A DNA stretch of 64,000 nt, taken from NCBI GenBank assembly GCA_964016885.1, contig OZ024740.1:266910001-266974000 (forward strand), in the 5' to 3' direction. Position 1 is the stretch's first letter. The number at the start of each line of letters is the position of its first letter. The position numbers and the translations under genes are program-made. The notes beneath the pieces were generated by a model. The model was not told the origin of the DNA. It worked only from the letters and a program-made list of their open reading frames with translations, and ran no database searches. This stretch comes from Eledone cirrhosa. Its lineage: Eukaryota. Below are positions 1 to 11,841 of this stretch, piece after piece.

Positions 1-476
1 ATACTCGTTATAACGAAACCAAGTACTTCACTTACCATATTATACTTTACTCTGTAGAACTCTGCTGCTCTCATTCTTGTGATATACTTATTTGCAATTC
101 CAGGACGACAGACGATTAAATAATGAATTATTTAAAGTTTTTATTTTATTTTATTGTAGAATACTATAGTAATACGGATTGTATATTAAATCGCAATGAT
201 AACAATAACGAGGGTTTTAAGAGAACACACACATGCACGTACGCACACAGACACTCACACACACACAAACTCTCACACACACACACATATATATATATAA
301 CAGTAGAACACTCAAGGGTTATATCCGTAGTAGTAGAGCACTCGGTCCATGGGACGAGTTTGGTAGAAGTAGTTCCACAACAGTTAGTTCACCATACCCG
401 AGCTAAGGTTCCGCATAGGGTGAAATATTTGTTCACGGTATGGTAAACTAACTTTTGTGGAACTACTTCTCTCTCT

Positions 477-586
<110 letters not shown>

Positions 587-769
587 ATATGTGTGTGTAT
601 GTGTGTGTGTGTGTGTGTAGCTGACGGATGACAGCAAAGAGTACTCAGTACGGAAGTTGTGTTTAAATATTCATTTATTACGGCTAAGTAGTGAGTCCTG
701 TCACTCATCTGCGCACTCGCAGGTGAAACTCTAGAGTAACAAGACTCACCACTTAACCATAATAAATGA

Positions 770-855
<86 letters not shown>

Positions 856-972
856 ACATATATATATATATATGTGCAAAAGTTTTATTTAAAATTGTTG
901 GGTTACAACGAGTAAATATTTTATAACTGATATAAAAGCACTCAACAAGTTTTGGAGTATTTTACGATATTA

Positions 973-1162
973 TTCACTCCAACTAATTAGTTTCTGTAAG
1001 GGAATAAATATGGTTACAGAGCATATCCACAGAGAAACCTTACGTCATCAGGGAGTCTATTCTCAGCTTAGCTGAGAATAGACTCCTTGATGTAAGGTTT
1101 CTCTGTGGATATGCTCTGTAACCATATTTATTCCCTTACAGAAACTAATTAGTTGGAGTGAA
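973..1162. repeat. Near-perfect palindrome (~95-bp arms) derived from a hammerhead-bearing PLE terminal repeat
   Basis: ttcactccaactaattagtttctgtaagg...ctcagct-t-agctgag...ccttacagaaactaattagttggagtgaa; the arms differ mainly at the CTGATGA core. Confidence 0.9.
976..1056 (-). ncRNA. Type I hammerhead ribozyme motif (minimal palindromic stem III)
   Basis: Minus strand reads ACTCC-CTGATGA-cGTAAGG...CCTTACa-GAAAC-TAATTA-GTT-GGAGT. Stems I and II pair; the GUU cleavage triplet is suboptimal. Confidence 0.7.
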
Positions 1163-1323
1163 ATTTTAGTAAGTAAGTCAATTTTCATAACTTTCTTATT
1201 TACGTCTTTCATATAATTGTTCTGCATCCCCTTGCATAGAACCGCAAAGTTACTAAGACAAAACATATATATTTTCTAGCATAGATATGCATCTGTATAC
1301 ATATGTTGGTAGATATACTAATT

Positions 1324-1370
<47 letters not shown>

Positions 1371-1454
1371 CTTTCACTCTTTTAAGTTGTGAAATAGACT
1401 GGTTATCTACGCACGCAGCTGACACATTTCAGCTCGCTACTATATTGCTATATA

Positions 1455-1640
1455 ATTGTTTCTACTTTAGGCACAAGGCCAGCAATTACCCAGTACATTA
1501 CTGGTACTTTATTTTATCGACCCAGTAAGGATGAAAGGCAAATTTAACCTCGGCGGGATTTGAACTCAGATCGTAAAGGGACGTAACTACGCTGCAAAGC
1601 TTGTCCGACCCTCTACCAATACTGTCAATTCACCGCCCTT
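1455..1640 (-). mobile_element. tRNA-derived SINE (octopus OR/Meta-type)
   Basis: A box tggcagtattggtag-like, B box gagttcaaatcc, core gcctttcatccttac...gtcgataaaataaagtacc, tail ccttgtgcctaaagtagaaacaatt; many copies in the window. Confidence 0.85.
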
Positions 1641-2046
1641 TTATTGCTATATAATGGATAATCGCATTTAAAGTCCGTTAAAGGTTCTTGGCACTACCAT
1701 TGTTACCATCGCTTTCCTCTATCCATGGGGCTTGGAGACATGAACTGGATGCTACCATTCTATTTTATATCAATGTGAACTGCTATTTCTAATAGCCATC
1801 TTTTCACCCCTTGATAATTTGAGTGTGAGACACGTTGGCTTAGGCTTCTGACAGGAACGAAAAGATTGATTCTTTTTAGCTTCCCGTCCCCACGTAAAAT
1901 GTGTAAATCAGTGGCTAGTTGAGAGATAGAGTCCTATCGGGTGCCAGTTGCTAATAGCTTTACCGTGTCAGTCGTCACAAATAGTCATGGCCAGCATAGA
2001 CTGGTCTTAGGATTCTGTCGATCAATTGGTTATTGATTAGGCGATA

Positions 2047-2156
2047 CCCGCTGATGAAGCCGCATAAGCCGATTGTGCATTGTTGCATAACATATGCAGA
2101 CAGATGGTGCAGTGCACTTTACTGCTGCATTAGTGCAGCAGAAACTCGAGTCCGGG
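2047..2156 (+). ncRNA. Type I hammerhead ribozyme motif with long stem II region
   Basis: CCCG-CTGATGA-(~83 nt including hairpin ctgctgcattagtgcagcag)-GAAAC-TCGA-GTC-CGGG; core intact, GUC site, palindromic stem III ACTCGAGT. Confidence 0.7.
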
Positions 2157-2638
2157 AACCTTATAGGCACCCGTTTTACGTGTGTTGTTTTGAAGCGAAA
2201 AACTTTGTGTATACTCTGGTAATGTATCTTACATTGCCCATGGAGTGCGCTGAGATACAACCGGTACTGGCATTGATAAATATGCTGGGCCCGTCCACCC
2301 TTAATATATATATATATATATATATAATGTTACCAGGCGTTTTGCCCGATATAGGTCTGTTATTTTTCTTAATTTACTACGTAAAATTAAGTCTGACAAA
2401 CCTTATTGCTGTAGTTAGTATTTTTTCACCCTAGCAAAACTAGTCCTTACAATTCGAACACATGTTTGTTTATATTAGTGTTCATCTCTCTTGTTTATTC
2501 AATTATATCTTACGGTTCGGAAAGGCTTTTTTCTTAGAGCTATTTAATTGTAAGAGACTACTCTGAGTTTCTAACTCACTATATATATATATATATAAAA
2601 ATGAGGTGTTTAATGTTTGTTTGTTCTGCTCATCAATT

Positions 2639-2678
<40 letters not shown>

Positions 2679-2896
2679 GTGAGAGTTAGAAAGAGAGAGA
2701 GAGAGAATGAGAGAGAGAGAGAGGGGAGAGAGAGAGAGAGTCAGGCATTTTCTGTCTAAATGGCAAGAACTCATCCGTCACGCCCTGACTCTACTATATT
2801 TACACTCTACTTCCCAAGTACTTAGTACTCTGCTGAATAATGGTCTTACTAGTTTAAAATTGGTATATTCCTGATCCCCTCCCCCCTCTCTCTCTG

Positions 2897-2952
<56 letters not shown>

Positions 2953-2954
2953 AG

Positions 2955-3167
2955 GGTGGTGTATTGGCAGTACCAGTAGAGGGTTGGACACCATGCTTTG
3001 CACCATAGAGTTACGGCCCTTTATGATCTGAGTTCAAATCCCGCCGAGGTTAACTTTGCCTTTCATCCTTACGGGGTCGATAAAATAAAGTACCAGTCAC
3101 GCACTGGTGTCGATTTAATCGATTTTCCCTCCCCCAAATTTGGTGGCGTTTGCCTATATAAGAAACC
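2955..3167 (+). mobile_element. tRNA-derived SINE copy
   Basis: Same A/B boxes and core as the other copies; sits in (TA)n. Confidence 0.85.
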
Positions 3168-3715
3168 ATATATATATACATATAAATATATATATGTGTC
3201 CGATGAAATGATGGAGGATCAATGTATTTTAAATTGAGTCTCACTATCTTTCGCGTTTAGCAATTTCTAGACTACTCTATCATAGAAACAATTGTCAGAC
3301 TATAAATAAATAAATATATATATATATATATACCGTATGTATCGGCTTATAAGGCGCATGGGCTTATAAGACGCGCCTAAATGGGTTTAAACTACGAATA
3401 TCAAGTTTGTACATCATCTTCTTTTATTACCATTCTACATCGTAATTTTTGTTCAAATATTTAGTACATTTTTGAAATAAAAGAAAGTGAAAATATATTT
3501 ATTTTATTATAGGGTGTTTCAAAAGATTTGATATCATTTGCAATGTTCCCAAGGTTGTTACATCAAAATATATCTTGTGAATTAGTGTTATATTGACAAA
3601 TTTTGAGGAATAAATCTTATGATGCTCAGCATTAAGCCTACTCAGTCTCGTTGTCCTAGACTTTGTAGTTTCTGGGATATTAAAAAAAATACTTATCTAT
3701 AGTATATATATATAA

Positions 3716-4942
3716 CTAACAGTGGTACCTGGCGTTGCACGGGATAAGGTATTTTGGAACGCGGACCGCCAACAGACCTAATCGTGGAAAAACTGCATGC
3801 CTCGACAATATGTAAAGAAAGTAAACCGAATACTCTGATGCAATTAGCATTACGTATGCTTCTCCTTCCACGTGGAGAAAATCGTCTTGGTGCTTTTGTA
3901 CTTGGATAAAGTGGCCTGAGTCAGCAGGATAGATGTCACCACTTATGTCAGAGGGAAGTCTGTAATGCTTGAGCAAGGCATGACGTGCAATCGGACAGAA
4001 CTGTGGGAATAATTTAACAAATTTAAAGAGGAATGGTGCAATAAAATGGGCTCCGAGGCGTGTGCGCGTTCACTTGCAGCCCTAAACGAAAGGGTCACCA
4101 TCAGCTATTTCAAGGGCCCTTAAAAGGGCCGTGTAATCCATTCACTGACACCCCAGTAAGGAGGGGTAAACATCAACAATTTCAAGTGGTGGCCCTAAAA
4201 AGGGCCATGTGAGCGTTCACTTGTAGTCCTTAATAGTGACTTTAACTGCGTTCTCTGACATTTGAAGGAGGGTATTACGGTTGCTTCCACTCACAGCCTT
4301 TAGAATGAATCAGAATGTATTCGCCGTTCGTTTAACAGCCATACATTGACGCGCCGAGTGCGAAGCGGAAGGTCCATCTCTGAAGGTAGTCACCTGAAGC
4401 CGAGGGAAAACGTATTTCAGGTAATAGGTCGTATAATAGGTCGTAGATTGCCTTAAGAAATGTTGATAACGAACCTACCTCGTCTTTGTGAAAATGCAAG
4501 AAGACTCTTCCAGCTGCCAACTCTAGAGCACCCAACGAACTACGATCCGCTTAACGACCTTACATTCCCGCACCAATTGTCAAGGGGAAGGTTCTTAGCT
4601 GAAGGGTACCTTAAACCATAGAAAAAAACGCATTTCAGTGTGGGAAGTGACGTAATACAGACAGCCAGACATACAGACAGATATTATAAGGACATGACGT
4701 TATATGTATGTATCTATCTAAAAAGAGAAAGACTAAGAGTTATAGAGAGAGAGAGATCGCTAAATCGCCTAATGCGGCCCCTAGGGTATTAAAAATGTTA
4801 AGCTTTATTTGCTCAGAACACTCCCTGAAACATAAGTATTACATGTGTAAAGTTTGAAAACAGTCGGTTGGGTGCTTCTCGAGATTTGGGGATTCAAACT
4901 CACACACACACAGACAGACATCCTCACTTTTATATATATAGA
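3716..4942 (-). mobile_element. Non-autonomous Helitron
   Basis: Minus strand starts TCTATATATATAAAA followed by (GTCT)/(GT) microsatellite and ends with hairpin cccgtgcaacgccagg and TTAG (CTAG variant). Confidence 0.65.
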
Positions 4943-5539
4943 CTAGCAGAAAACCACCCGGGGGCGGTTTTCTGCTAGTCTATATATCTAAAACAGAGAA
5001 TGTCTGTCTGTCTGTCAGCTCACTAAAACTTGAGAACCATCCAACTGATTGTTTTCAAACTTTAGACATGTAATACTTATGGTCCTGTGAGTGTTTTGAG
5101 CAAAAATTATTTCAAATTTTCAATGCCCTAGGGACCGCATTAGGCGATTTAGCGTTCTCTATATATAATTCTTAGTCTTTCTTTTTAGATAGATACATAG
5201 ATATAACGTTGCGCCCTTATAATATCTGTCTGTATGTCTGCATTACGTCATTATGACGCGCTCAACGCGATTCCCTCGGCCTCAGTGACCAAAGTCAGTG
5301 GAGAGAGGAATGTAATGTTTCTGTAGCACGTGTTTTAGCGTCTATTCACTCTCTCTCTCCCTCTCTCTCTCCCGCTATCCCCCTCTCGTAGTCTGTCTCT
5401 TTCTTTCACTCTCACTCTCACTCTCTCTCTACGCACGTGTTTCCACTGTCGGACAGACAGACAGAGAAATTGCTGGTTATATATATAAGTAGACTAGCAG
5501 AAAACCACCCGGTGGGCGGTTTTCTGCTAGCAAATCTAG
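4943..5539. mobile_element. Composite Helitron-derived segment with palindromic CTAG hairpins at both ends
   Basis: ctagcagaaaaccacccgg...gcggttttctgctag at ~4943-4978 and ~5493-5530; 4979-5240 is a diverged inverted copy of ~4670-4942. Confidence 0.55.
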
Positions 5540-6044
5540 TGTATATACTGATATTGTTGAGATTTGGATGAGAAATGTTTTCGGCACCACATGTTCACCG
5601 TCTCTCGGTGTGTCTTTTATGCATGTATAAATATATGTTATCTATACGGTGAAATCTTTGAAATAAATATATGTTAAAACGAAAAAGGAGAAAAAGAGAT
5701 TAGTGACGGAAATATAAACGTTATGATACATAAACGTTATGATATAACGATGGAAATATCTCTTCAAATGGTCCTTGGCATGGTGTCAAGTCAGAACCGC
5801 CTCGAACTGATTACTTCTGGCTTGTGCAAGATGTCTCTATAGCAACCAGCGATTCCCTCGGCCTCAGTGACCAAAGTCAGTGGAGAGGGGAAGGTAATGT
5901 TTCTATAGCGACAGTGTTTCTCTTGGTAGTACCAAAGTGGAGAAAGGAAGGGGACGGTAATATTTCTGTAGCATCTACATTTGAGTTTTAGGGAAGGACA
6001 GACAGACAGACAGACAGACAAACAGAGAAATGCCCATATATTTC

Positions 6045-6093
<49 letters not shown>

Positions 6094-6119
6094 CACACAC
6101 AGAAATGTATATATATTTC

Positions 6120-6160
<41 letters not shown>

Positions 6161-6307
6161 CACACACAGAAATGTATATATATTTCTTAGAACAAAATTA
6201 TTATTAATGTTTTGCTGTTCATAACAATTGGAATTGAAAAATTACTTTTGAAATTATTAGTTATTTTACTAATGCTTAGGTATGTAAAAATGAAGCAATG
6301 TTTCTAA

Positions 6308-6500
6308 TAATTGTTTCTACTTTTGGTACAAGGCCAGCAATTACCCAGTACATTACTGGTACTTTATTTTATCGACCCCGTGAGGATGAAAGGCAAAGTT
6401 AACCTCGGCGGTATTTGAACTCAGACCATAAAGGGACGTAACTCCATGCTATGAAGCATGGTGTCCGATTCTCTACAGATTCTGCCAATCCACCGCCCTA
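6308..6500 (-). mobile_element. tRNA-derived SINE copy
   Basis: Full-length match to the SINE family by eye. Confidence 0.85.
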
Positions 6501-6776
6501 ATGTCTGTACGTAATGAGGGAGTGAGAGGGGAGAGAAAGAAAGGCAGAGGTGAAGTGACGAAGTGACTCTCTCCTCCTCCTCCTCCTCCTCCATCTCCCC
6601 ATTCGTCACAGCGATAGAGGGAGGGAATGTTAGTGTGTTACAAAGAGAAAGAGTGAGAGAAACAGACAGATTAAAAGAGAGGGATAGCTGGAGAGAGAGA
6701 GAGATAGCAACCACGCGCGCACGTGTTTCCACTGTCGGACAGACAGAGAAATTGCTGGTTATATATTATAAGGAGA

Positions 6777-6940
6777 TAATTGTTTCTACTTTTTGGCACA
6801 AGGCCAGCAATTACCCAGTACATTACTGGTACTTTATTTTATATCGACCCCGTAAGGATGAAAGGCAAAGTTAACCTCGGCGGGATTTGAACTCAGAATA
6901 GCAAGAGCCGTAATTCTATGCGTCAAAGCATGGCGTCCAA
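6777..6940 (-). mobile_element. tRNA-derived SINE copy (5' truncated)
   Basis: Tail, core and B box are present. Confidence 0.8.
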
Positions 6941-7322
6941 GGGAACAAAAAAATCAGTGTTGTATCATATACATTTTTGATTAGATATTACATGTTTCTC
7001 TGTAGATCAGCTCGAGGAACGATCTATTAATGATCGAACCTGACTCTGGAATCGGAAGCTCCTCAGATATGTTTTAACATGTAGACTCGAGTCTGAGAGT
7101 GGTTGAATATTAACCCGATTCTTTCTTATATGCTACCACAAACCCTGTCATAGGGGAGTGTCACTGTATTCCACTTGTTGGTTTGTCTTCAGTCAGATCA
7201 CACCCGGGGGCGTCCTATAATTTAGTGGCTATTTTCTTCTGTGGTCAAACTGCCGTACGCTGCTATATTGTTTGAAGTAAGCATTAAGGAGGTAAGGCAA
7301 TACAAGAATATATATATATATA

Positions 7323-7895
7323 TACAAATGAATATATGAGAGGGATGAACACCGATACAAGTATACATGTGTTCGAATTGTAAATGAGCAAGTTAGCTAG
7401 GTTGAAAAATATTAATTTAAAATAATATGGTTTGTCTGTCTCGATTTAAAGTAATAAATCAATAAAAATAACAAACCTATATTCGGCAATGACCGTGATA
7501 CTCGGACAGATTCTAAATCTGTTTCGCAACAATTATTAAGTGAAAGTCATTATCCCTGTGCTCTTCTGCGGGTATCTAGGAAATTCGTACCTTTCACTTC
7601 ACTATGTGTTGTTGAACGCATATGTCACAGCACCTAACGCGTCTCATACTGGTGCCGCTAAAAATAGCAGCCGGTTTTATGGGGCTAAAGTTAGCTCTAC
7701 GTATGGAGCCGAGAATATCATATATTGAGTTATAAACTCAAAATAGTCTTTTACAATTAAATAGCTCAATTCGAACACATGTATACTTGTATCGGTGCTC
7801 ATCCCTCTCATATATTCATTTGTATTACACGGCTCGGAAATATTCCCTTCTTTGAGCTATTTAATTGTAAAAGACTATTTTCAGTTTATAACTCA
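7323..7895 (-). mobile_element. Non-autonomous PLE-like element with inverted repeat and degenerate hammerhead
   Basis: Inverted repeat 7323-7380 vs 7768-7825. Minus strand 7499-7574 reads TACCCG-CAGAAGA-GCA...TGC-GAAAC-AGATT-TAG-AATCT-GTC-CGAGTA (core U>A). Related sequence at ~2345-2580. Confidence 0.55.
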
Positions 7896-7980
7896 ATATA
7901 TGATATATATATATATATATATAAACGGAAAAAATGAAACGAAATTTCATTTCCCACTCTTAGTACGGCTGTTACTTAAA

Positions 7981-8288
7981 TATAAGTATGTACACGTACA
8001 TACACATATGTATACAGACGTACAGCAGTATGTATATATATATACATACATGCACACATATATATATGTACGTATGGATTCACCGAACATTTATTATAAT
8101 GCTCGGTGTGTTTGTAAACAAACATCCCGTATTAAGCCGCAGTGTCCAGCAACCATCGTTGCTCGTTTGTTCATACGTACATATATATACGTACATATAT
8201 ATATGTGTGCATGTATGTATATATATATATATATACATACTACTGTACGTCTGTATACATATGTGTATGTACGTGTACATACTTATAT
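7981..8288. repeat. Foldback: ~100-bp inverted arms of RY-rich sequence around a ~95-bp spacer
   Basis: tataagtatgtacacgtacatacacatatgtatacagacgtacag... is mirrored by ...ctgtacgtctgtatacatatgtgtatgtacgtgtacatacttata. Confidence 0.8.
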
Positions 8289-9214
8289 ATATATATATAT
8301 ACAAATATATATATATATATATATTTATGGAAGAAGCCGACTGTATTCGAATCTGGAAAGAAAGGTTTCACCAGATTTAAATACCCAATGCAGTGGTGTA
8401 AAATTCACAACACCTCGACTGCTCTACAAGGAGTTATGAGTCCATCGATTGCATAGCTGGGGTTATTAGGTTTACAGGTAAGTTTACAAGAAATATGTCA
8501 ACTAAAGGTTTGAGGTAAGAAAATATGAAATGGAATAAGACAGCCTGATTGATAAAGTCTCCCTTATAGAGAAGTTTTACTGCGCAGAATTCTAGACAGT
8601 TGCCAACAAAGTAAAACTATTTTGTTTGAGTAAGACAATTCCACAGATTTGTAGATAGGAGTGTCCGTTAATGTGTGCATGTATCTTACCTATGTACTTG
8701 CCCTCATGTGATGGGTGGACGTGACCTATACGCATGTAATTGTGTGAATGCCTTCGTTCTAGGAAATTCAAAATAATTATCTCAAAGATGTCTAACAAAT
8801 AATCACTGTAACACTAAGCAACTGAATTTTGCTTTCTTTTAATTTTAATTAAAATTTTTTTTTACGAAAAACGCTGCATTTTCAGGTATTTATGCAAATT
8901 TGAAGTTCCATAGTCATGATAATATGTAAAAATAAAAATACATAGACAGAATACAAGAAACTGTAAGATACACATCATTCACCCACATAACTATTTTCTT
9001 TTTCTTCATCCATAAACGATGCAATCACATCGCCTGAGCAGCTGAACTCTACAACGGTGCATGACTTTTGTTCCTTGCTCCATAAAATTACGAGGGCTGG
9101 CTGAAAAGTTCATAGGCTGAACAACATATTCCCGTGGAATGACCAAATGAGGTTTATATTTCAACATAGTGGCTGGAAAGAAACAATGAAGTTATTAGTA
9201 ACAAGTGTTGTAAT

Positions 9215-9405
9215 TAATTGTTTCTACTTTTGGCACAAGGCCAGCAATTACCCAGTACATTACTGGTACTTTATTTTATCGACCCCGTAAGGATGAAAGG
9301 CAAAGTTAACCTCCGCGGGATTTGAACTCAGAATGGCAAGGGCCGTAACTACATGCGTCAAAGCATGGCATCCTACCCTCTACCGAGACTGCCAATCCAG
9401 TGCCC
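9215..9405 (-). mobile_element. tRNA-derived SINE copy
   Basis: Full-length match to the SINE family. Confidence 0.85.
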
Positions 9406-9518
9406 TTGAAATTAATGCATGCAAGTCTTTCCAGATATTTAATACGATTTCTATTATTATTGATATTCCTAACTGTTCGATTAGGTCCTGTTTCCTTTAC
9501 TTGATATAAATCCCACAT

Positions 9519-9578
9519 TGAGGTGTATTTTCTTTACATTGTCGCCTGTGTCTTGGGCCCTTGTGGCCAATAAAAGAA

Positions 9579-9626
<48 letters not shown>
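9519..9626 (+). mobile_element. Very short 3'-end remnant of a Tx1-type LINE with (ATT)n tail
   Basis: cccttgtggccaataaaagaa-(att)16, the same 3' terminus as the downstream full-length elements. Confidence 0.7.
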
Positions 9627-9861
9627 TGGACGCAATGTGTGAAAACAGTACAAGTCTGCGGGGGAAAAGACTCGTAACTTTAAGCTGTTTTAAAGTATCA
9701 TTTTTTGTATTTTCTTGTCGTTAACAAAACATAAGGTACCCAACTTGGTTTCAAGAGAGGGATACCTCTCAATATTCGGGCTTTAAGCCCGAATATTCAG
9801 ATTTATTTAAAAAAAGTTCGAAAAAAAAAATCGGCCCCCCCCCCCCCCCCTCCCCCCAAAA

Positions 9862-11812
9862 ATGGAAATGTTCGACCTTCAAACGGTAAACAACGTACAG
9901 GTCAAAAGTTTAAAAGCAGCCACTGTAGATTTCACCACAACTACGACGGCTACAGACATGCCGTCGTCCACTCTACTGAATGTGAAGGCAAAACTCAAAA
10001 GCTACCATCACAACCTTCTGTGATAGCAGCAGTATCATCTGAAAACGACATCACCACCGCCACCACCACCACAACAACAACAATTCAGAGCAACAACGAC
10101 AATAACACCGACAGCTTCAATGTAAACACGGATGGCGGTGGCCAACAGCATCAACAAACAAAACAACAACAACAATACCAATAACAACAGCAAGAACGAC
10201 AACACCAACAACAAGAGCATCAGAGGCACCACATTTGCTGCAGCAGCAGCAAAAACAAAGCGCTTATTGGATATTGATATTAGCGATAAAGACGAACAGT
10301 TGGCCCAAGCGTGGAGGCTAATTAAACGGGAGAAGTCCTGGGCAAACCTGACCATCCCGGACGAGGCAATAGCGGCCATGCAAAGGAGGACGGTGTACTT
10401 TCGATGCATTTCGGTGCAAACACGAAAAGTGGAACTTGCCAGCCAAGCAGAGGTCGAGGCTGCCTTGGAGTGCATCGGAAGTAACATAGAGTATAAAGCA
10501 AGAGCCAAACAGTTCGGTACCATCTCGGTACTGTTCAAAACCGAGGCCCTTGCTATTAAGCACTCGGTGACCCCCTGCAGAACGGAACGCATTATTATGC
10601 ACCCGTCCTACATGGGTAAAAGGACAGTAAAGGTCCGCATTCCCAGCATCCCACCAGGAATGAACATATGGTGGCTGCTGAGATGCGTAATCGAGGAGGG
10701 GACAGACACTACCCTCCTGGATATCAAAAGGCCAGAGAGAGAAGACTGGTCCGGAATGGATTTGGAGATTCTTCTCCAAATGAAACCGGAGGACATGAAC
10801 AGCATCTCGGATTTTGCCCGCCTGCAGGACGGGACAACAATCCAAATAATCACTGAGAGAAGAAGGCCACACTACTTCGTCTGCGGGGAAGCAACGCATC
10901 TGCAAGCCTTCTGCCGTCAGCGCAAAAATGCAGGGGGTCGCAAACCTCCTTTGTTGCCAACGCCAGTGTCAGCACGGAAAGCTGCACCACCACCACCAAA
11001 AACAACACCAACAAAGACACGGACACCAACATCAAAAACAGCCGGACCACCACCAACACCGAAACCAATCCAGGGGGAAAACGAGGAAAGCTCTCCCATT
11101 CCCCCCCCCCCCCAATTATACACATAGACAAAACAATAAACGCACACACAGACACAGAGACAATCATAGCCACAGACCCTTTGTCTTCCAGCAGCGAAGA
11201 TGAAGGAAAACCCAAAAGTGCAAAAAAAACAGAGAAAACTCACAAAAAAGCCCCAACAAAACACAAAAACATACACAACAAAAAATACAGACACCACTAA
11301 CGCAAACACTTCCCCAATAACATCATCACCAACAGCAACATCGACACCACCCTCACAATCCCCGAAACGCAAACAACCTAAACACACAAATACCTGAAAT
11401 TGCAGACACCACACCTACAACAAACACAGACATACCCGAAACAACACCACCAAAACCATCACCACCACAGTCACCAAAACGAAAACAAATAAAACCACAC
11501 CAACAAAATGTCAAAAACTTCGTGCTTGTCAGAAGGGCCAACGATAAACTGATGGCCCTCTTAGCACGAAGCGAGGACATTCAAACAGAGGGGGAGATTT
11601 TTGAAATGAGCACATTTTGCGTGCCAGAAGATTTGCTTCTGGTCCGAATGTTACTCGATTCCTTCAAAGAAATTCAAGAGAGCTTACCTCAAGACGTGGG
11701 AACCCCGAATGTGAAACCCACATCGAGACTTTTAAAGGGGTTCCCAAAAGAAACCCCACCAACCATGGAGGTCGAACCACTCGACCTTCACAAGACCCCG
11801 GGAGGTAAGTAA
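9862..11812 (+). pseudogene. Tx1 family A ORF1 (degenerate CCHC knuckle, P/T/K-rich tail), frameshifted
   Basis: YFVCGEATHLQAFC knuckle; homologous to ORF1 of the following elements; broken at several points including the poly-C at 11101-11113. Confidence 0.75.
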
Positions 11813-11841
11813 ACTTTCCCTCTCTCTTTTAGCTTGCTAAC

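Noticed and set aside
3331-3380. Tc1/pogo-like TIR (taccgta...ataagacgc) and mariner-like TIR at ~9090
   Set aside because: Single ends only, with no partner TIR or transposase.
4332-4535. Possible histone H2A relic (ALELAAG) upstream of the stem-loops
   Set aside because: Similarity is limited to a few residues and cannot be supported by eye.
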